In this document: in pieces, positions 60,951-64,000 of the stretch
Layout of the letters: the number at the start of each line of letters is the position of its first letter
Position numbering within the stretch: the first letter of the stretch is position 1
NCBI RefSeq assembly: GCF_963921235.1
Contig: NC_086097.1
Location: forward strand, 176,082,001 to 176,146,000
Direction: 5' to 3'
Length of the DNA stretch: 64,000 nucleotides
From: Mobula hypostoma
Lineage: Eukaryota
Position numbers and translations under genes: made by a program
Notes under the pieces: model-generated
Database searches by the model: none
The model's input: only the letters and a program-made list of their open reading frames with translations
Told to the model about the DNA's origin: nothing

Positions 60951-63900
60951 TGATGGCAGGGGCATGGTAGAGGAATCTTTCAAATCCTGGTGAGGGGTGG
61001 GTTTAGGGCAATCCACCAAAACACATTTAGGTTAACCCCCCTTATCTATGATATGTCTTTTTTCGCTGTTCCAAAATGTGGAATGGGCCTAAGGGGATGT
61101 TGGTGTGCATCATGGCAGACAAAACCAAACGAGGCAGAATATAGATCAACAGGAACCCAAGAGCGCTGTATGCCATTATGGGAGGCAGGAAAAAGGTGCA
61201 AGAAACTTGAATTTACTGAAGAGGATGGAACATTGTTGAGAGACCGTCTAGGTGGTTGTGGCATCAGGGATAAAACCGCCTGGCACTTGTAACAGCTGCC
61301 TGTATACCAGTTTAGCTATGGATGACTGCAGGTCCTCTTTGGAGCTGTTCTGAGCCCCAGCAGGACCCATGGGAGGTGATTATGCCAACACCCATCCATC
61401 AGGGCAGCCCCCAGCGCAGCCTTTAAGGAGCGGTGAAACTACTTGCATAGGCCATTGGACTGCAGTTGATATGCTAAGGTGCTGTAGCCAGACACTGAGG
61501 TTTTGGGTCATTGCAGCCCAGAGGTCTGATATAAACTGGGGACTGCGGTCAGAGGAATTATCAGATGGGCTGATAATGGACTGAGTAACCCAGGTCCTGA
61601 TGAATGCTCGAACCATGTCTGTGGCCATCATTGATGCTAGAGGAATGACCTCTGGCCACCTGGTGGTACAGCGCACCATAGTAAGGAGGTACGGGAAGCC
61701 ATGGGAGGAGTGGAAGGGGATCAAAAAGGTCCAGATTGACACGGTCAAACCGTCGCTCAGGGACCTTAAAAGGTGCCAATGGTGCTTGGATTTGGCGGTT
61801 AATTTTTGCCTGCGGGCACTCCACATAGGCTGCAGTCCAATCACACATGTCCTTTCTAAGGCAGTGCAACCCAAACCAGACATCCCACCTCTCCCAGAAG
61901 TTCCGGGAGTCTCCCGCATATGAATAGTGGCTCCCTGATGCCCGCAAATTATATACAATATCATGGAAATCAATTTTTTTGAGAGCGAGCGAGTGAGAGA
62001 AAGCAAGCAAGAGAGAGCGTGAGAGCAACCACAAGAGAGCGCGCATGCGAGAGAGAGCGAGAGCGCGAGAGAGAGAGCGTGAGAGAACAAGAGAGAAAAC
62101 AAGAGAGAAAGCGAGAGCGCGCCATGGCAGAGTGTTCCAAAAAATATAAAATGCACATCACCCCAGGCTACACTAAAGTGTACCCCTGCCTAATAGGGGT
62201 CAAAATAATGACAGTGTTGCTCGCTGCACTGTTTGCAACAGTGACTTTTCTATTGCCCATGGTGGGTTAAAATGTAAAAGACATGTTAATTAACATGTGT
62301 CATTCATTCATTAGCATAGCTAACGTTATTTAAACTAGCTGGCTAGCTGCTAAGGAGCTACTCTATTGCAGACATCCCACCTCTCCCAGAAGTTCTGGGA
62401 GTCTCCCGCAAATTGATGGTGCTATCTCCCTGAAATGAGTTTTTGCAGGGTGGGATGTCTGCGCAAACTTTAGTGCCAATTTCTGTGAGGCTGTCTGGCC
62501 TGGATGTGAGAGGCCATGTATGGAGTCAAAAACAATCCAATTCCAGTTTACAAGCATTATGGGGCAAGGGCAAGCAGTTGAGACATTGTTTGAGAAACCC
62601 CATCTTCCCTGAACTTAATATCAGGCAACTTCAGGCCTATGACCGTCGTTCGGTAAGCGTGGACCTCTGGGTCAGCAGTTTGGTTGGCTCCCATGCCAGC
62701 ATAGTCAACCCTGATGTGTATGGCCTCAAGGGCTGGCCGTGAGAGGCAATTGGCCACAGCATTATTTTTCCCCTTGATATGTTGTATATCAGTTGTGAAT
62801 TCTGATATGTAGGCCAGGTGGTATTGCTGCTGTAGAGACCTAAGGTCTAATATTCTGGCCACCATGTGCATGAGGGACTTGTGGTTAATGAACACTGTGA
62901 AATGGTGACCTGCTAGGAGAAAATGAAAAAGATGGACAGCCAGATAGAGACCCAGAAGGTCACGGTCAAACATGCTAAGCTTCCTTTTAGGGGAACAGGG
63001 CTGCCGGCTGAAGAAGGCGAGCAGCTGCCACACGCCTCCAACCAACCATTCATGCACAGCACCCACAGCATAGTCTGAAGCATCAGTAGTAATCGATATA
63101 GGTGCATTGGGGAGCGTGTGCCCCAGTGGGACTTGTTGGAAAGAGCTTGTTTGGTATCATCAAATGCCCTGGTCATGTCCTCTGACCAGTCAAGCACGAG
63201 ATTAGAGATATTGGCTTTTAACACACTATACAGAGGAAGCAAAGGTTCAGCAGTTCACAGAATAAAGTGGTGATGAAATTCACTATATGTAAAAACTCCT
63301 TTAGCTTTTTTAGTAGGGTGGGGTGGAGGGAAATCCAAAATAGTGGTTACTTTTGATAAGAGGGCTTTCATTCTTTCTGCAGAGATGCGATAGCTGAGTA
63401 AGTGAATGGTTGACAATCCAAATTGGCATTTAACAGGGTTAATAATCAACCCACATTGGCTTAAGCACTCGAAAAGTGTGCAGAAATGAGATATATGTTT
63501 GGATTTGGATGTACTGGCGATAAGTATGTCATCCAGGAAAACAAAAAGGAAATCTGAATCTTTTAATACAGAGTCCATCAGCTGTTGGAAAGCCAGCGCT
63601 GCATTTTTCAGCCTAAATGACAGGCACAAAAACTCAAAAAAGCCAAACCTGGTTATCACAGCCATTTTGGGAATGTCTTCTGAGCAGACAGCCACCTGAT
63701 GGTGGTCCCAAACTACAAACGTTTGTAGATCGAACTTGGAAAAAATTTAACTTTCTGGTTAAATGTACAGAGAAGTCCTGGATGTATGGCACTGGGTAAC
63801 AATCAAGGGTGGTGGCCTCACTAAGATATTGGTAATCAGCATATGAGTGGCAAACACCATCGGACTTAGGGACCATATGGAGATGTGAAGCCCAGGGGCT

Positions 63901-64000
63901 ATTCGGCAGGCGTACATTGCCAAGTCTTTCCATGTGAATGACGAAACAGCATTAGCTACTCGCCAGTCCTCCAGGACTTCACCTGTGGCTTGTAAGGCCT
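60951..64000 (-). mobile_element. Gypsy LTR retrotransposon pol (RT-RNaseH-integrase), decayed, runs off the window
   Basis: SPWASHLHMVPK, FVFLDDILIAS, RNaseH LAFFSR..DLLGLY..KGKNNAVANCLSR, integrase YLLTMV..TRWPE..SDRSPQFISDLW. Confidence 0.92.
61877..62461 (+). mobile_element. hAT-derived non-autonomous element with BED-finger remnant
   Basis: TIRs CAGACATCCCACC/GGTGGGATGTCTG; imperfect CCCAAAC/CGCAAAC flanks; frameshifted ARCTVCNSDFSIAHGG..KRH; (GA)-rich tract at 61981-62120. Confidence 0.8.

Noticed and set aside
61380..62156. 258-aa ORF with an LS-rich N-terminus
   Set aside because: Read-through of a (GA)n tract in the hAT insert into decayed Gypsy integrase.

Overview
Eukaryotic, vertebrate-type, AT-rich DNA. 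The repeat spectrum (CR1 LINEs with esterase ORF1, Penelope-like elements, Rex1/Babar, HE1-like V-SINEs, a Deu-domain SINE) suggests a cartilaginous fish (inference). I recognise no host protein-coding exon. Most of the window is nested, decayed transposable elements: CR1, Rex1/Babar, RTE, L2, Penelope (GIY-YIG), Gypsy, Tc1/mariner, hAT and tRNA-SINEs. Nearly all ORFs in the track are TE fragments or their antisense frames. The main hunt result is RNA structure. Two different RTE-type elements (starting at 14110 and 50930) both begin GGGGTGTATGGGGTGT and fold by hand into HDV-like nested double-pseudoknot ribozymes. Both carry the same unusual extra hairpin inserted in L3. The copy at 50930 heads a 572-bp non-coding element bounded by a perfect 13-bp TSD, and its predicted cleavage site coincides with that 5' boundary. 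Penelope copies carry minimal hammerhead ribozymes. There is also an RTE-Penelope chimera and several composite MITEs with extra internal TIRs. All structures were folded manually and are untested. Boundaries without a TSD or TIR are approximate.
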